From: Clostridiales bacterium
GTDB taxonomy: Bacteria; Actinomycetota; Coriobacteriia; Anaerosomatales; SLCP01
Assembly: GCA_018333995.1 (NCBI GenBank)
Contig: JAGXSG010000008.1
Location: forward strand, 207,210-271,209
DNA: 64,000 nt
Direction of reading: 5' to 3'
The notes beneath the pieces were generated by a model. It saw only the letters and a list, made by a program, of their open reading frames with translations. It was not told the origin of the DNA and did no database searches. Shown in pieces: positions 36,443-45,998 of the stretch. Position numbers and translations under genes: made by a program. Each line of letters opens with the position of its first letter. The stretch's first letter is position 1.

Positions 36443-37525
36443 ATGAACCTCCTGATCACCGGCGGATGCGGCTTCATAGGCACCAATCTCGTTCGACTCG
36501 CGGTGCTCGAAGGTGGGCACTCGGTGACCAACGTCGACCTTCTGACATACGCGGGCAACCGCGGTTCTCTTCAGAACCTCGAGGACCGTCCAGATTACAA
36601 ACTCGTGGTTGCCGACATCTGCGATGCGGCGACCATGCGCGAGGTTTTCGAGCGCGTCCAGCCTGCCGCCGTGCTGCATCTCGCAGCCGAGTCGCACGTG
36701 GATCGCTCCATCGACGGGCCCGCGGAGTTCGTCAGGACGAACATAGCGGGTACGTTCACGATGCTGGATGCCGCGACTGTGTACTGGCGGTCACTCGAGT
36801 CCGAGCGAGCTGGAGCCTTCCGGTTCATCCACGTGTCGACCGATGAGGTGTACGGCAGTTTGGGGCCAGACGATCCGCCGTTTTGTGAGGAGACCAAGTA
36901 CGATCCCCACTCGCCTTATGCGGCGAGCAAGGCCGCGGCTGATCATCTTGCTCGGGCGTGGCATGACACCTACGGCCTTCCGGTGATCGTCACCAACTGC
37001 TCCAACAACTACGGGCCGTATCAGTTCCCCGAGAAGCTCATTCCAGTTGTCATCCTGAAGGCGCTCGCGGGCGAGCCAATCCCCGTGTACGGCGTCGGAG
37101 ACAACGTGAGGGACTGGTTGCACGTCAGCGACCACGCGCGTGCACTCCTGCGGATACTTGATGCCGGCGAGCCCGGTCGTACCTACAACATCGGCGGTGC
37201 GAACGAGATGAAGAACATCGATCTCGTGCGTCGCGTGTGCGGTCATCTGGACGAGTTGATGCCGCGTGAGAGCGGAGGGTCCTACGCCGAACAGATCGAG
37301 TTTGTGACCGACCGCCCAGGGCATGACAAACGCTACGCCATTGATGGCTCGCGCATACGCCGAGAGCTTGGGTGGACTCCGACCCAGGATCCCGATACGG
37401 CTTTGCGCTCCACAGTACACTGGTACGTTGAGCACCAGGTATGGTGGCAGGATATCCTGAGCGGCGACTATCGCCTCGACCGTTTGGGCCTTGGCACACT
37501 ACACGGGAACAAGGAGAGCCAGTGA
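36443..37525 (+). CDS. rfbB: dTDP-glucose 4,6-dehydratase
   Basis: [29 protein letters not shown] and the C-terminal [12 protein letters not shown] motif. Track start 36365 is an extension. Confidence 0.9.
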   Translation: MNLLITGGCGFIGTNLVRLAVLEGGHSVTNVDLLTYAGNRGSLQNLEDRPDYKLVVADICDAATMREVFERVQPAAVLHLAAESHVDRSIDGPAEFVRTNIAGTFTMLDAATVYWRSLESERAGAFRFIHVSTDEVYGSLGPDDPPFCEETKYDPHSPYAASKAAADHLARAWHDTYGLPVIVTNCSNNYGPYQFPEKLIPVVILKALAGEPIPVYGVGDNVRDWLHVSDHARALLRILDAGEPGRTYNIGGANEMKNIDLVRRVCGHLDELMPRESGGSYAEQIEFVTDRPGHDKRYAIDGSRIRRELGWTPTQDPDTALRSTVHWYVEHQVWWQDILSGDYRLDRLGLGTLHGNKESQ

Positions 37526-38382
37526 AGGGAATCGTCCTTGCCGGTGGAGCGGGCACACGCCTACACCCGATAACTTTCGCCGCGTCCAAACAGCTGCTGC
37601 CCGTGTATGACAAGCCGATGATCTATTATCCGCTCTCGGTGCTGCTACTGGCTGGGATGCGAGAGATCCTTGTGATCACGACGCCCGCCGACAAACCGTC
37701 ATTCGAGCGCGTGCTTGGTAACGGGAATCAGTGGGGAGTCGAGATCTCCTACGCCGTGCAGCCCACACCCGGCGGCCTGGCGCAAGCATTCCTGATCGGA
37801 GAGGAGTTCCTCGGCGGTAGTCCTGCGTGTCTCGTGTTGGGCGACAATATCTTCTACGGTGGCGGGCTGGTGGACATCCTCCGCGGCGCACGCGATGACG
37901 CAAGCCAGGGCGGAGCGGTCGTCTTCGGTTATCAGGTTCGGGATCCGCAACGCTACGGTGTCGTGGAGTTCGACGATGCGGGCACCGTGCTCTCTTTGGA
38001 AGAGAAGCCTGCAAATCCGCGCTCGAACTACGCAGTCACCGGGCTCTACTTCTATGACAACCGGGTGTGTGACCTTGCCAAGCGTGTCGAGCCATCGGCG
38101 CGCGGCGAGGTCGAGATCACAACGCTCAACAACCTCTATCTGGCGGAGGGCGCATTGAGTGTTCGTCTGATGAGCCGGGGTATGGCATGGCTCGACACGG
38201 GTACACCGGATTCACTCATGGATGCCGCCCTGTTCGTGCAAACTATCGAGAAGAGACAAGGCCAGAAGATCGCGTGCCTCGAGGAGATCGCTTATCGGAT
38301 GGGCCTGATAGATAAGACGGCATTGCGGCAGGCGATGGCGGGAACGTCATCGGAATACTACCGGTACCTCGGAAGTCTCTGA
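37522..38382 (+). CDS. rfbA: glucose-1-phosphate thymidylyltransferase
   Basis: [38 protein letters not shown] is the classic RmlA signature. GTG 37522 overlaps the rfbB TGA. Confidence 0.95.
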   Translation: MKGIVLAGGAGTRLHPITFAASKQLLPVYDKPMIYYPLSVLLLAGMREILVITTPADKPSFERVLGNGNQWGVEISYAVQPTPGGLAQAFLIGEEFLGGSPACLVLGDNIFYGGGLVDILRGARDDASQGGAVVFGYQVRDPQRYGVVEFDDAGTVLSLEEKPANPRSNYAVTGLYFYDNRVCDLAKRVEPSARGEVEITTLNNLYLAEGALSVRLMSRGMAWLDTGTPDSLMDAALFVQTIEKRQGQKIACLEEIAYRMGLIDKTALRQAMAGTSSEYYRYLGSL

Positions 38383-38421
38383 CGCGCAAGCTCGTGTGGC
38401 CGCGCTCGAAAGAAGGCAGGT

Positions 38422-39570
38422 ATGCTGAACGACGTGTTCGTCGTAGGGGTCGGGAAGACGCGTTTCGGGCCCACATCCAAGACCATGACGCAGCTTGCCC
38501 AGGAGGCGATACTCGACGCGCTCGATGATGCCGACATCGCCCCAGACGATCTGGATGCGATCATCGTCGGAAACTTCCTGGCTGGTCCCAACGAACAACA
38601 ACTTCACCTGAACTCGGTGATCGCGGGCCTCTTCCCCGGACTGAACATCCCAAGTTGGCGCACTGAGGCCGCATGTGCGTCCGGTGGCGTTGCACTCCAC
38701 CAGGCAGTCCTATCTCTGCATCGGTATGAGACCGTTCTTGTGGTGGGCATCGAGCGCATGAGCGGCGTAGTTGGCTTGGAACTCACGCGCAACATCGGCA
38801 TGGCTGGTGACGCTGTGCTCGATCAGGTCGCAGGCCTGAACTTCCCTGCAAACTATGCGCTCGTCGCTCAGGCACATATGGCCGCATACACCACCACCAC
38901 GCGCGATCTTGAACTCGTGAGCCTCAAGAATCACGAAAACGCGAACCTCAACCCGAAGGCACACTTTCATCACAAGCAGGTCGTGCAGGTCGACATCGAC
39001 GCGGGCGCGACTGTTGCGTCCCCGCTCCGTCTATTTGACTGCTGCCCCGTCTCGGATGGCGCGGCGGCGGCCATAGTGAGTTCGCGCCGCCGCAGTTCTC
39101 GCAGTGTGCGGGTGTTGGCGTCTGCGGTATCGAGCGATGTGATCTCGCTGGCGCAGCGCCGGACCCTCACGAGCTTCGCGGCGGCCAAAGACGCGGCGAG
39201 GCGCGCATATTCCGAGGCGGGTATCGGACCCGACGACGTCAGTCTCGCGGAGGTGCACGACTGTTTCACCATAGCCGAACTGGTTGCTATGGAGGATCTC
39301 GGCCTTGCGCCGCCCGGTGGAGCTGCCGCGCTGCTGCGTGCTGGGGCGACCCAGATCAACGGCCGCATCCCCGTCAACCCCAGCGGGGGGCTCAAAGCCG
39401 GCGGTCATGCCATCGGGGCCACGGGCGTGGGGCAGATCTACGAGATCGTCACGCAGCTGCGGGGCGAGGCCGAGAACCGGCAGGTTCGCGATGCGAGAAT
39501 CGGACTGGCGCATAACGTTGGCGGTGTTGGCGGGACGTGTTCGGTGCACCTGCTGGGAGGTGCCTCATGA
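38422..39570 (+). CDS. thiolase, SCP-x/archaeal type (acetyl-CoA C-acetyltransferase-like)
   Basis: Nucleophile-Cys motif EAACASGG, the HDCF motif (AEVHDCFTIAE), GGHAIGATG and C-terminal NVGGVGGTCSVHLL. Confidence 0.85.
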   Translation: MLNDVFVVGVGKTRFGPTSKTMTQLAQEAILDALDDADIAPDDLDAIIVGNFLAGPNEQQLHLNSVIAGLFPGLNIPSWRTEAACASGGVALHQAVLSLHRYETVLVVGIERMSGVVGLELTRNIGMAGDAVLDQVAGLNFPANYALVAQAHMAAYTTTTRDLELVSLKNHENANLNPKAHFHHKQVVQVDIDAGATVASPLRLFDCCPVSDGAAAAIVSSRRRSSRSVRVLASAVSSDVISLAQRRTLTSFAAAKDAARRAYSEAGIGPDDVSLAEVHDCFTIAELVAMEDLGLAPPGGAAALLRAGATQINGRIPVNPSGGLKAGGHAIGATGVGQIYEIVTQLRGEAENRQVRDARIGLAHNVGGVGGTCSVHLLGGAS

Positions 39571-40673
39571 AGCATTGGGTTTGCTCTCAGTGTGAACGCG
39601 ATTTTGCGTACGAGATCAGTCAGTGCACGTGGTGCCGCGTGAAGCTCAGTCTGCGCGAGCCCGACCATGCGCAGATCACGGCCATCACCGAGGTTTCTGC
39701 AGGCAGCGTCGGGCACGAGGACGTTCCCTACTGGTGTGCTCTTGTGTCTGCCGAGGATGGTTCGCAGGCGATCGTGAAACTCGACCATGCAGCGAGTGTC
39801 GGTGACACGCTGTCGTTCGGTGCGGAGGAGGCCGCTGAGCTGGCGGTCGTGGGTATTCTTGGCACCGGCACGATGGGTCGCGGCCTCGCGGAACTGCTAT
39901 TAGCGCGAGGGCATCGCGTGGTGTGGTGTGGCCGATCCGCCGAGCGGCTCGCACGAGCGCGTGAGAGACTCCTCGATCGGCTCAGTCGCGTGATGGACGT
40001 GGAGCAGATTCAGGAAGCGAGCCTCAGGCTCGAGGTCTCGGCAGACTACTCGTCGCTTCAGAGCTGCGACATCGTGATCGAGGCGGTCGTCGAGGAGTTG
40101 TCGGCCAAACGCGCCGCGCTGGCGGCTGCCGAGGCGCACATGCGATCCGGCGCGATCCTCGCAACAAACACATCTGGTCTCCCCATCGATGAGCTGGCAG
40201 ATTCGCTCCGGCGGCCTGGTGATTTCGGCGTGCTGCACTTCTTCAATCCGCCCACACGGATGCGGCTTGTTGAGACAGCGGTGGGCGACAAGACATCGCA
40301 CGAGACAAGCGAGTACCTCGACGTTTTTGCGCGATCTTTGGGCAAGACCCCTGTCCGAGTTGCTGCGAAGCCGGCGTTCGCCGTCAATCGCGCGCTCATG
40401 CCTCTGCTTAATGAGGCTGTCCGCGAGTTGGAAGAGGAGGTAGCCTCGGCAGAGTCGATTGACGAGGCGATCCGACTCGGGCTGAACCACCCGATGGGTC
40501 CCTTGGCGCTTATCGATCTCATAGGGGCGGATGTCGTGGTCAAGATCATGGACAACATCGTTGAACGTACTGGTGATGAGACCTATGCACCGCGGCCTCT
40601 TCTGAGGGCGCTTGTTGCCGAGGGCCGACTTGGGCGCAAGACCGGGGCAGGGTTCTACGAGTATCCGCGGTAG
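39567..40673 (+). CDS. fusion protein: DUF35-like zinc-ribbon/OB domain + 3-hydroxyacyl-CoA dehydrogenase
   Basis: Residues 1-~85 carry CxxC-x10-CxxC (CSQCERDFAYEISQCTWC) followed by a short beta-rich segment. Residues ~92-368 carry GILGTGTMGRGLA (Rossmann), NTSG and HFFNP (catalytic His). The ATG overlaps the thiolase TGA (ATGA). Confidence 0.8.
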   Translation: MKHWVCSQCERDFAYEISQCTWCRVKLSLREPDHAQITAITEVSAGSVGHEDVPYWCALVSAEDGSQAIVKLDHAASVGDTLSFGAEEAAELAVVGILGTGTMGRGLAELLLARGHRVVWCGRSAERLARARERLLDRLSRVMDVEQIQEASLRLEVSADYSSLQSCDIVIEAVVEELSAKRAALAAAEAHMRSGAILATNTSGLPIDELADSLRRPGDFGVLHFFNPPTRMRLVETAVGDKTSHETSEYLDVFARSLGKTPVRVAAKPAFAVNRALMPLLNEAVRELEEEVASAESIDEAIRLGLNHPMGPLALIDLIGADVVVKIMDNIVERTGDETYAPRPLLRALVAEGRLGRKTGAGFYEYPR

Positions 40674-40689
40674 TGATGTGGGAGGGCCG

Positions 40690-41304
40690 ATGGCTATGCG
40701 GTTCCTGGTGATCGGGGTTGGTGGTCTGGCGAAGGAAATGACGGACCTGGTGGTGGCCCTCGGTCACGAGGTGACGGCGTACTTCACCGAGAAGGAAGCG
40801 GTAATCCTGCACCCCTTGGAGGGGGTCACGATCATCAACGACCTCGATGACGCGCAGTGCGATGCCGCCCTTATCGCGATTGGGAACACGTCCGCCCGCC
40901 AGCGCTTCTTCGAGCAGTTGGCTGGTCGATTCGAGCTTCCCACGCTCATTCACCCCTCAGCGTGCGTGAGTCCTTCGGCGCGCATCGGGGACGGGGTCCT
41001 GGTGATGCAGAATGTGGTTCTCAATGCCGACGCCGAGGTGGGTGCTGGCGCACTTTTGAACGTTGGATGCTGTGTCGCGCATGACTGCCACGTAGGAGCA
41101 TACAGCCACCTTGCGCCATGCACGCAGATGGGCGGTGGCTCATCTGTCGGCGCCGGGGTGTTCTGCGGTACCTCAGCGGTAGTGCTGCCCAACGTGACCG
41201 TTGGCGGTTGGTCGATCTGTGGAGCTGGTTCGGTCGTGACGAAAGACGTGCCCGAGCGCAGTCTTGCTGTGGGCGTGCCCGCTCGCGTGGTGAAGTCGCT
41301 ATGA
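40690..41304 (+). CDS. NeuD/PglD-family hexapeptide sugar N-acyltransferase
   Basis: N-terminal Rossmann-like FLVIGVGGLAKEM, then an LbH domain with VAHDCHVG (PglD-type catalytic His). RBS GGGAGGG. Confidence 0.8.
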   Translation: MAMRFLVIGVGGLAKEMTDLVVALGHEVTAYFTEKEAVILHPLEGVTIINDLDDAQCDAALIAIGNTSARQRFFEQLAGRFELPTLIHPSACVSPSARIGDGVLVMQNVVLNADAEVGAGALLNVGCCVAHDCHVGAYSHLAPCTQMGGGSSVGAGVFCGTSAVVLPNVTVGGWSICGAGSVVTKDVPERSLAVGVPARVVKSL

Positions 41305-42440
41305 GCAAGCGACCCGCCTTTGGCACGCCGCTGCATGTGGGTCGACCGAACATCGGTGACAAGGCGGCTTTCCTCGCGCGCGTTGAGGACATGTTCGATC
41401 GGCGCTGGCTGTCAAACGACGGACCTTGCCTGCAGGAGTTCGAGGAATGGATGGCCGAGTTTCTTGGCGTGCGTCACTTCATTGCGGTCTGCAACGGCAC
41501 GGTAGGTCTCGAGATCATGGCCAAGGCATGCGGCCTCGTCGGCGAGGTCATCATGCCCGCCTTCACGTTCGTCGCCACTGCTCACGCGATGCAATGGGTG
41601 GGGGCGACGCCGGTCTTCTGTGACGTCGACCCTAGAACCCACAACATCGATCCATCTCTTGTTGAGCACCTCATCACTGACGAGACTACGGGAATTCTCG
41701 GTGTGCATGTCTGGGGGCGGCCGTGCGATGTTGAGGCGCTCGAGGCCATTGCACGGCGCAATGGCCTCGTCCTCGTGTTCGATGCCGCACACGCGCTTGG
41801 TTGCACACATGGCGGACGCATGATTGGCAACTTTGGTGTCGCAGAGTGCTTCAGCTTCCATGCGACCAAGTTCTTCAACACTTTCGAGGGGGGCGCCATC
41901 ACCACGAACGACGATGAGGTGGCGAATCGTTGCCGCTTGATGAGGAACTTTGGCTTCGACGGCCCGGACAACGTTGTCTCCGTGGGCACCAATGGCAAGA
42001 TGAGCGAGGTGAGTGCGGCGATGGGTCTCACGAACCTGGAGTCGATGGCGAGCTTCACGGATACGAATGCGCGCAACTATCGGGCGTACGCGGCGGGCCT
42101 TGATGGGATCCCGGGAATCGAGCTGATCGAGTACTCCGAGAGTGATCGGTGCAACTGCCAGTATGTAGTGATCGAGATCGATGAGACTTGGTCAGGGCTG
42201 TCCCGCGATGAGCTGCAGGCGCAACTGACAGCCGACAACGTCCTGGCGCGCCGCTACTTCTACCCAGGTTGCCACCTCATGAAGCCCTACGCATCCGAGC
42301 CTCTGCGTGCGCAGCTCCCCGAGACTGAGCGCCTGGCGAGCAGAACACTGTCGCTCCCTACCGGGACTGCTGTTGATGAGCGCGACATTCAAGCTGTCTG
42401 CCGCCTGATCGGCGACGCGGTCAACGCGGCTCGTGGGTGA
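41301..42440 (+). CDS. DegT/DnrJ/EryC1-family PLP sugar aminotransferase
   Basis: PLP-Lys motif FSFHATKFF and family pattern MPAFTFVATAHA. ATG 41301 overlaps the upstream TGA. Track start 41118 is an extension. Confidence 0.9.
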   Translation: MSKRPAFGTPLHVGRPNIGDKAAFLARVEDMFDRRWLSNDGPCLQEFEEWMAEFLGVRHFIAVCNGTVGLEIMAKACGLVGEVIMPAFTFVATAHAMQWVGATPVFCDVDPRTHNIDPSLVEHLITDETTGILGVHVWGRPCDVEALEAIARRNGLVLVFDAAHALGCTHGGRMIGNFGVAECFSFHATKFFNTFEGGAITTNDDEVANRCRLMRNFGFDGPDNVVSVGTNGKMSEVSAAMGLTNLESMASFTDTNARNYRAYAAGLDGIPGIELIEYSESDRCNCQYVVIEIDETWSGLSRDELQAQLTADNVLARRYFYPGCHLMKPYASEPLRAQLPETERLASRTLSLPTGTAVDERDIQAVCRLIGDAVNAARG

Positions 42441-43476
42441 GGCGTCGGTGAAACGGCTCGGCCCACCCGACTCTGGGCCCTTGGTTAAGGTCAGCGTTGT
42501 GACCATCGCCTACAACCAGGAAGCGTACATCGCCGAGGCGGTCGAGAGCGTGCTCATGCAGGAGTGCGACTTCGACTTCGAGTACATCATCGGTGACGAC
42601 GCCTCCACTGATGGGACCTGGGAGATCCTGAAGGAGTACCAGCGCCGGTACCCGGAGCGCATCAAGCTCCGCTTGCACGATTCGAACATGGGCGCTCAAC
42701 GGAATCTGGCAGATGCGCTTGCGCAGTGCACAGGACAGTATGTTGCCCTGCTCGACGGCGACGACTTCTGGACCTCGGAGCACAAGCTGCAGACACAGGT
42801 CGACTTCATGGACGCGAACCCCGATTGCGCGCTGAGCTGCCACGGCTGTTTGATGGTGCACAGTGACGGGACTCCCTTCGCTGCCCTGCCCGCGCACGGT
42901 TGCGCGCCCGAGCGCTCGGGCATTGAGGAGTTGTTGTCTCGATCCATCACGAGCACGCACATACTCACGCCGACTGTGATGTATCGGTGGGGTCTCGTCG
43001 AGCTCCCCGATTGGTGGAACGAGCACAGGCTCGGGGACTTTCCGCTGCACGTACTTCACGCTCAGTATGGTTGGGTTGGCTACATCGACGAGGTGATGGC
43101 GGCATCCCGTTTTCACGCAGGCGGTATGTGGAGGAGTGAGTCTGGCGTTACCAACCTCCTGGAATTCGTCGCAGTCTTGCATCGACTCGATGACGCGCTG
43201 AACAACCGCTATCACGACATCATAGAGCGGAACGTGCTCAGACACGGGGAGTACGAGTTCTCCCTCAGATTCACCGCGGCCACGCACGCCCTTAATAGCG
43301 CCGAGCGGTTGAACGCGAGGCCGCATATGCGCTGGATACGGAGAAATCTCGCGCTGCGAGGCGATCATGGGCTGAAGGATTTATCGATCCTTCTGGTGCG
43401 GTATGTCAGCCCGAGGCTGCTCGCCGTGATGGTGGCGGTCAAGCGGGGTCCGCGCCGACTCCTAGGCGGGAAATGA
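42433..43476 (+). CDS. family 2 glycosyltransferase (paralogue A)
   Basis: VSVVTIAYNQEAYIAEAVESVLMQ .. IIGDDASTDGT .. LLDGDD (DxD). Start is uncertain (GTG 42433, GTG 42448 or TTG 42481). Confidence 0.85.
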   Translation: MGEASVKRLGPPDSGPLVKVSVVTIAYNQEAYIAEAVESVLMQECDFDFEYIIGDDASTDGTWEILKEYQRRYPERIKLRLHDSNMGAQRNLADALAQCTGQYVALLDGDDFWTSEHKLQTQVDFMDANPDCALSCHGCLMVHSDGTPFAALPAHGCAPERSGIEELLSRSITSTHILTPTVMYRWGLVELPDWWNEHRLGDFPLHVLHAQYGWVGYIDEVMAASRFHAGGMWRSESGVTNLLEFVAVLHRLDDALNNRYHDIIERNVLRHGEYEFSLRFTAATHALNSAERLNARPHMRWIRRNLALRGDHGLKDLSILLVRYVSPRLLAVMVAVKRGPRRLLGGK

Positions 43477-43518
43477 CGCGCGTACTCACTATTCGGCGCA
43501 CCCGAGATAGGGACCACT

Positions 43519-44736
43519 TTGGATAGGTTGCTAGTCTACACAGAGAACTACAATGTCGCAGCGGGAGGCGCGAGCTTCATCGTTGACCTGTGCAACGGCG
43601 TGGCTGAGCTGTACGACGAGGTCGTCTTCGTATCGAACCCTGATACGAACGCATTTGCTCCTGATACGGCCGCTCGTGTTGTATGCCCGAACAGGATGAT
43701 CGGCATCGCGGTATGGACAGTGGTAAGAGCGGGGGTGACCGTCGGTCGTATGCCGCTGCTACGCCGGTTAGGCGGCAGCATCCAGCGTCTCCTTTCGCCA
43801 CTCGATGAGCTTGCCTTCGCCTACAACACCTGGGTGTGCAGGCGAGCGATTCGCACAATCCGCCCCCGTGCGGTTCTCGCGTTCAACGGAGGGTATCCGG
43901 CGGGCAGGTCAGTCCTCTCGATGGTGGTCGCTGCGCGGTTGGAAGAGGTGCCGGTCGCGCTCTGCGTTGTCAGCACGCCTTTCCCGCGCCCGGAACGCAA
44001 GTTGGGCACCTGGGAGGTGCGGATGGATGAGCGCGTAGCTGAATCCGCGGACGTCATCATCGTGAATGCCCAGGCGATTGGAGCTGCTCTCACCTCGGTG
44101 CGCGGACTACCGACCGAGAAGATCAGGGTCGTTCACAATGCCCTGGAGGAGATCGGGGTTCCGGCCCCGGCTCTGCCTAGGGCTGCCCTCAGAGTCGGCT
44201 GTGTTTCCCGAATAGACTCTCTCAAAGGAATGCCCTACCTGGTTAGGGCGTTCGCCGTTCTGGCGCGCGAGCATCCCGAAGCGGAACTCGTGATCGTGGG
44301 GGACGGCTACGGCCGACCCGACCTCGAGTCGCTCGTGAGAGATCTCGGACTCGAGGACTGCGTGACGATGACGGGTTACTACCCTGGCGACGTCAACGAG
44401 ATGGTAGTTTCGTTCGATATCTACGCATTCCCATCACTCTGGGAGGGCCTGCCCTACTCGATTCTCGAGGCGATGCGGCTCGATCGACCCATTGTGGCCA
44501 CCGATGTGGGCGGCATCTCGGAGGCGATCATCGACGGCTCCACGGGAATCCTCGTGCCGAAGGAGTCAGTGGAGGCCCTGGCTCGTGCTCTCTCGACGTT
44601 GGCGGCAGACCCCGCTCTGAGGCAGCGGCTGGGCAACGCGGCCCGCGTCAAGTTCGAAGCGGAGTTCACTCTCGATTTTATGCACCGCGCAGTCCGCGAC
44701 GTCTTCATCGACGCTACGCTTGCATCAAGGCCTTGA
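43519..44736 (+). CDS. family 4 (GT-B) glycosyltransferase (paralogue A)
   Basis: C-terminal E-x7-E region FPSLWEGLPYSILEAMRLDRPIVATDVGGISE. Confidence 0.85.
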   Translation: MDRLLVYTENYNVAAGGASFIVDLCNGVAELYDEVVFVSNPDTNAFAPDTAARVVCPNRMIGIAVWTVVRAGVTVGRMPLLRRLGGSIQRLLSPLDELAFAYNTWVCRRAIRTIRPRAVLAFNGGYPAGRSVLSMVVAARLEEVPVALCVVSTPFPRPERKLGTWEVRMDERVAESADVIIVNAQAIGAALTSVRGLPTEKIRVVHNALEEIGVPAPALPRAALRVGCVSRIDSLKGMPYLVRAFAVLAREHPEAELVIVGDGYGRPDLESLVRDLGLEDCVTMTGYYPGDVNEMVVSFDIYAFPSLWEGLPYSILEAMRLDRPIVATDVGGISEAIIDGSTGILVPKESVEALARALSTLAADPALRQRLGNAARVKFEAEFTLDFMHRAVRDVFIDATLASRP

Positions 44737-45946
44737 GCTTGGCTGCTACCTTTACGATATCGTGGTGCTCGGCGACGTAAGCTCGCGCGGTTGCCCCCAA
44801 GACACTTCGAGCCTCGGCATTTCCGTATAACTCCGCGACCGATCTCACGACCAACTCGAAATCACCACCACACGTGATCCCTGCACCGCCGGACAGCATC
44901 CCGTCAGGGTCGACGTTCAGGGCTATGACGGGGGTGCTGGAGACTGCTGCCTCGAGGAAGGTGTTAGGGAACCCCTCATGTGTTGACATGTTCACGAGTG
45001 CAGCTGCGCGATCGTAGTATGGCCGCAAGTCTGCGACACCGTCGATGATCTCCAGATTCGGGATGAGCTCACCCGCAGTCGCCAACTCATCGAACTGGTC
45101 AGCAGACCAGGACCTTCGCGTCATGATCATTGTGAACGGAATGAGCGGAAGCCTGCGGGCAAGCTCCAGGAACAGCTCAGGCTGCTTCACCCGCTGACAG
45201 CTTGCGACCCACAAGACGTTGTCTCGCACCTCGTGTCCCGTGTCATGCCCGATCTCGATGCCTGTTGGCAGCAGGTGAGACTCGACCCCCTCTGAAGCGA
45301 GAACTCTTCTCTGATGCTCTGACTGCGCCAACACCAAGTCTGCATGTCGAAGGGCCCAGCGGTACAACTGCGTCGACTGGGGGTCCCTGCCTGGCAGGTC
45401 CCAATCAATGTCGATGTCGCTGGAAAGCCATATCGCACTGTGTTTCCCGAGCAGTCGAGCAGCTCGTACTGCCTGGTAGGTTGGTGAGCAGTTCCACCAC
45501 ACCACATGCCAGTCGCTGCCGGTCTTTCTAAGCAGCCTGCTCCAGCGGGCCTTGACCAGCCAGTCGTAGACCCGCGGGGCTACCTTCTCCAGCACTCCAT
45601 ACGTGTTGATGGGTGGCAAACTGCGAATACCTTCGAGGTAGGACGCCCGCTCCTCTGGAGGCATGCCAATCGCCTTCATCCCTCTCAGGACGATCGCTAC
45701 CCACGTGAGCAACAAACTGTCGCGCACAAGAGGCTTCGGTATGAGGTGCAAGTCAATCTCGTGCGCGCTGGTTCGGCGACTAGGGATCTTGTCGACCGCT
45801 AGGCAAACCGAACAACAAGGATCGGCCGCCATCGCCCGCGCGGTGATGTAAGTCCGCCACTCGGCGCCACCATATCTGGGCGACAGGGTCTGGTCGAGAA
45901 TCGTCTCCATGTCGCCAGAGTAGAAACAGACCCTTAACTCACCCAC
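44714..45946 (-). CDS. GT-B fold glycosyltransferase (GT4-like)
   Basis: Motif STHEGFPNTFLEAAVSSTPVIAL. GTG 45946 is preceded by AAAGGAG with 7-nt spacing. The 3' end overlaps the convergent GT4 gene by 23 bp. Confidence 0.75.
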   Translation of the reverse strand: MGELRVCFYSGDMETILDQTLSPRYGGAEWRTYITARAMAADPCCSVCLAVDKIPSRRTSAHEIDLHLIPKPLVRDSLLLTWVAIVLRGMKAIGMPPEERASYLEGIRSLPPINTYGVLEKVAPRVYDWLVKARWSRLLRKTGSDWHVVWWNCSPTYQAVRAARLLGKHSAIWLSSDIDIDWDLPGRDPQSTQLYRWALRHADLVLAQSEHQRRVLASEGVESHLLPTGIEIGHDTGHEVRDNVLWVASCQRVKQPELFLELARRLPLIPFTMIMTRRSWSADQFDELATAGELIPNLEIIDGVADLRPYYDRAAALVNMSTHEGFPNTFLEAAVSSTPVIALNVDPDGMLSGGAGITCGGDFELVVRSVAELYGNAEARSVLGATARAYVAEHHDIVKVAAKLKALMQA

Positions 45947-45998
45947 AGCGCGGCTCCTTTCTCGAACTCCTTCGTGACCCCGGCACACTGAGCCGTGC

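Noticed and set aside
39591-39606. TGTGAACGCG, matching half of the actinobacterial Rex operator (TGTGAACGCGTTCACA)
   Set aside because: The second half-site is absent (ATTTTG follows), and the sequence lies inside the DUF35 zinc-ribbon coding region.
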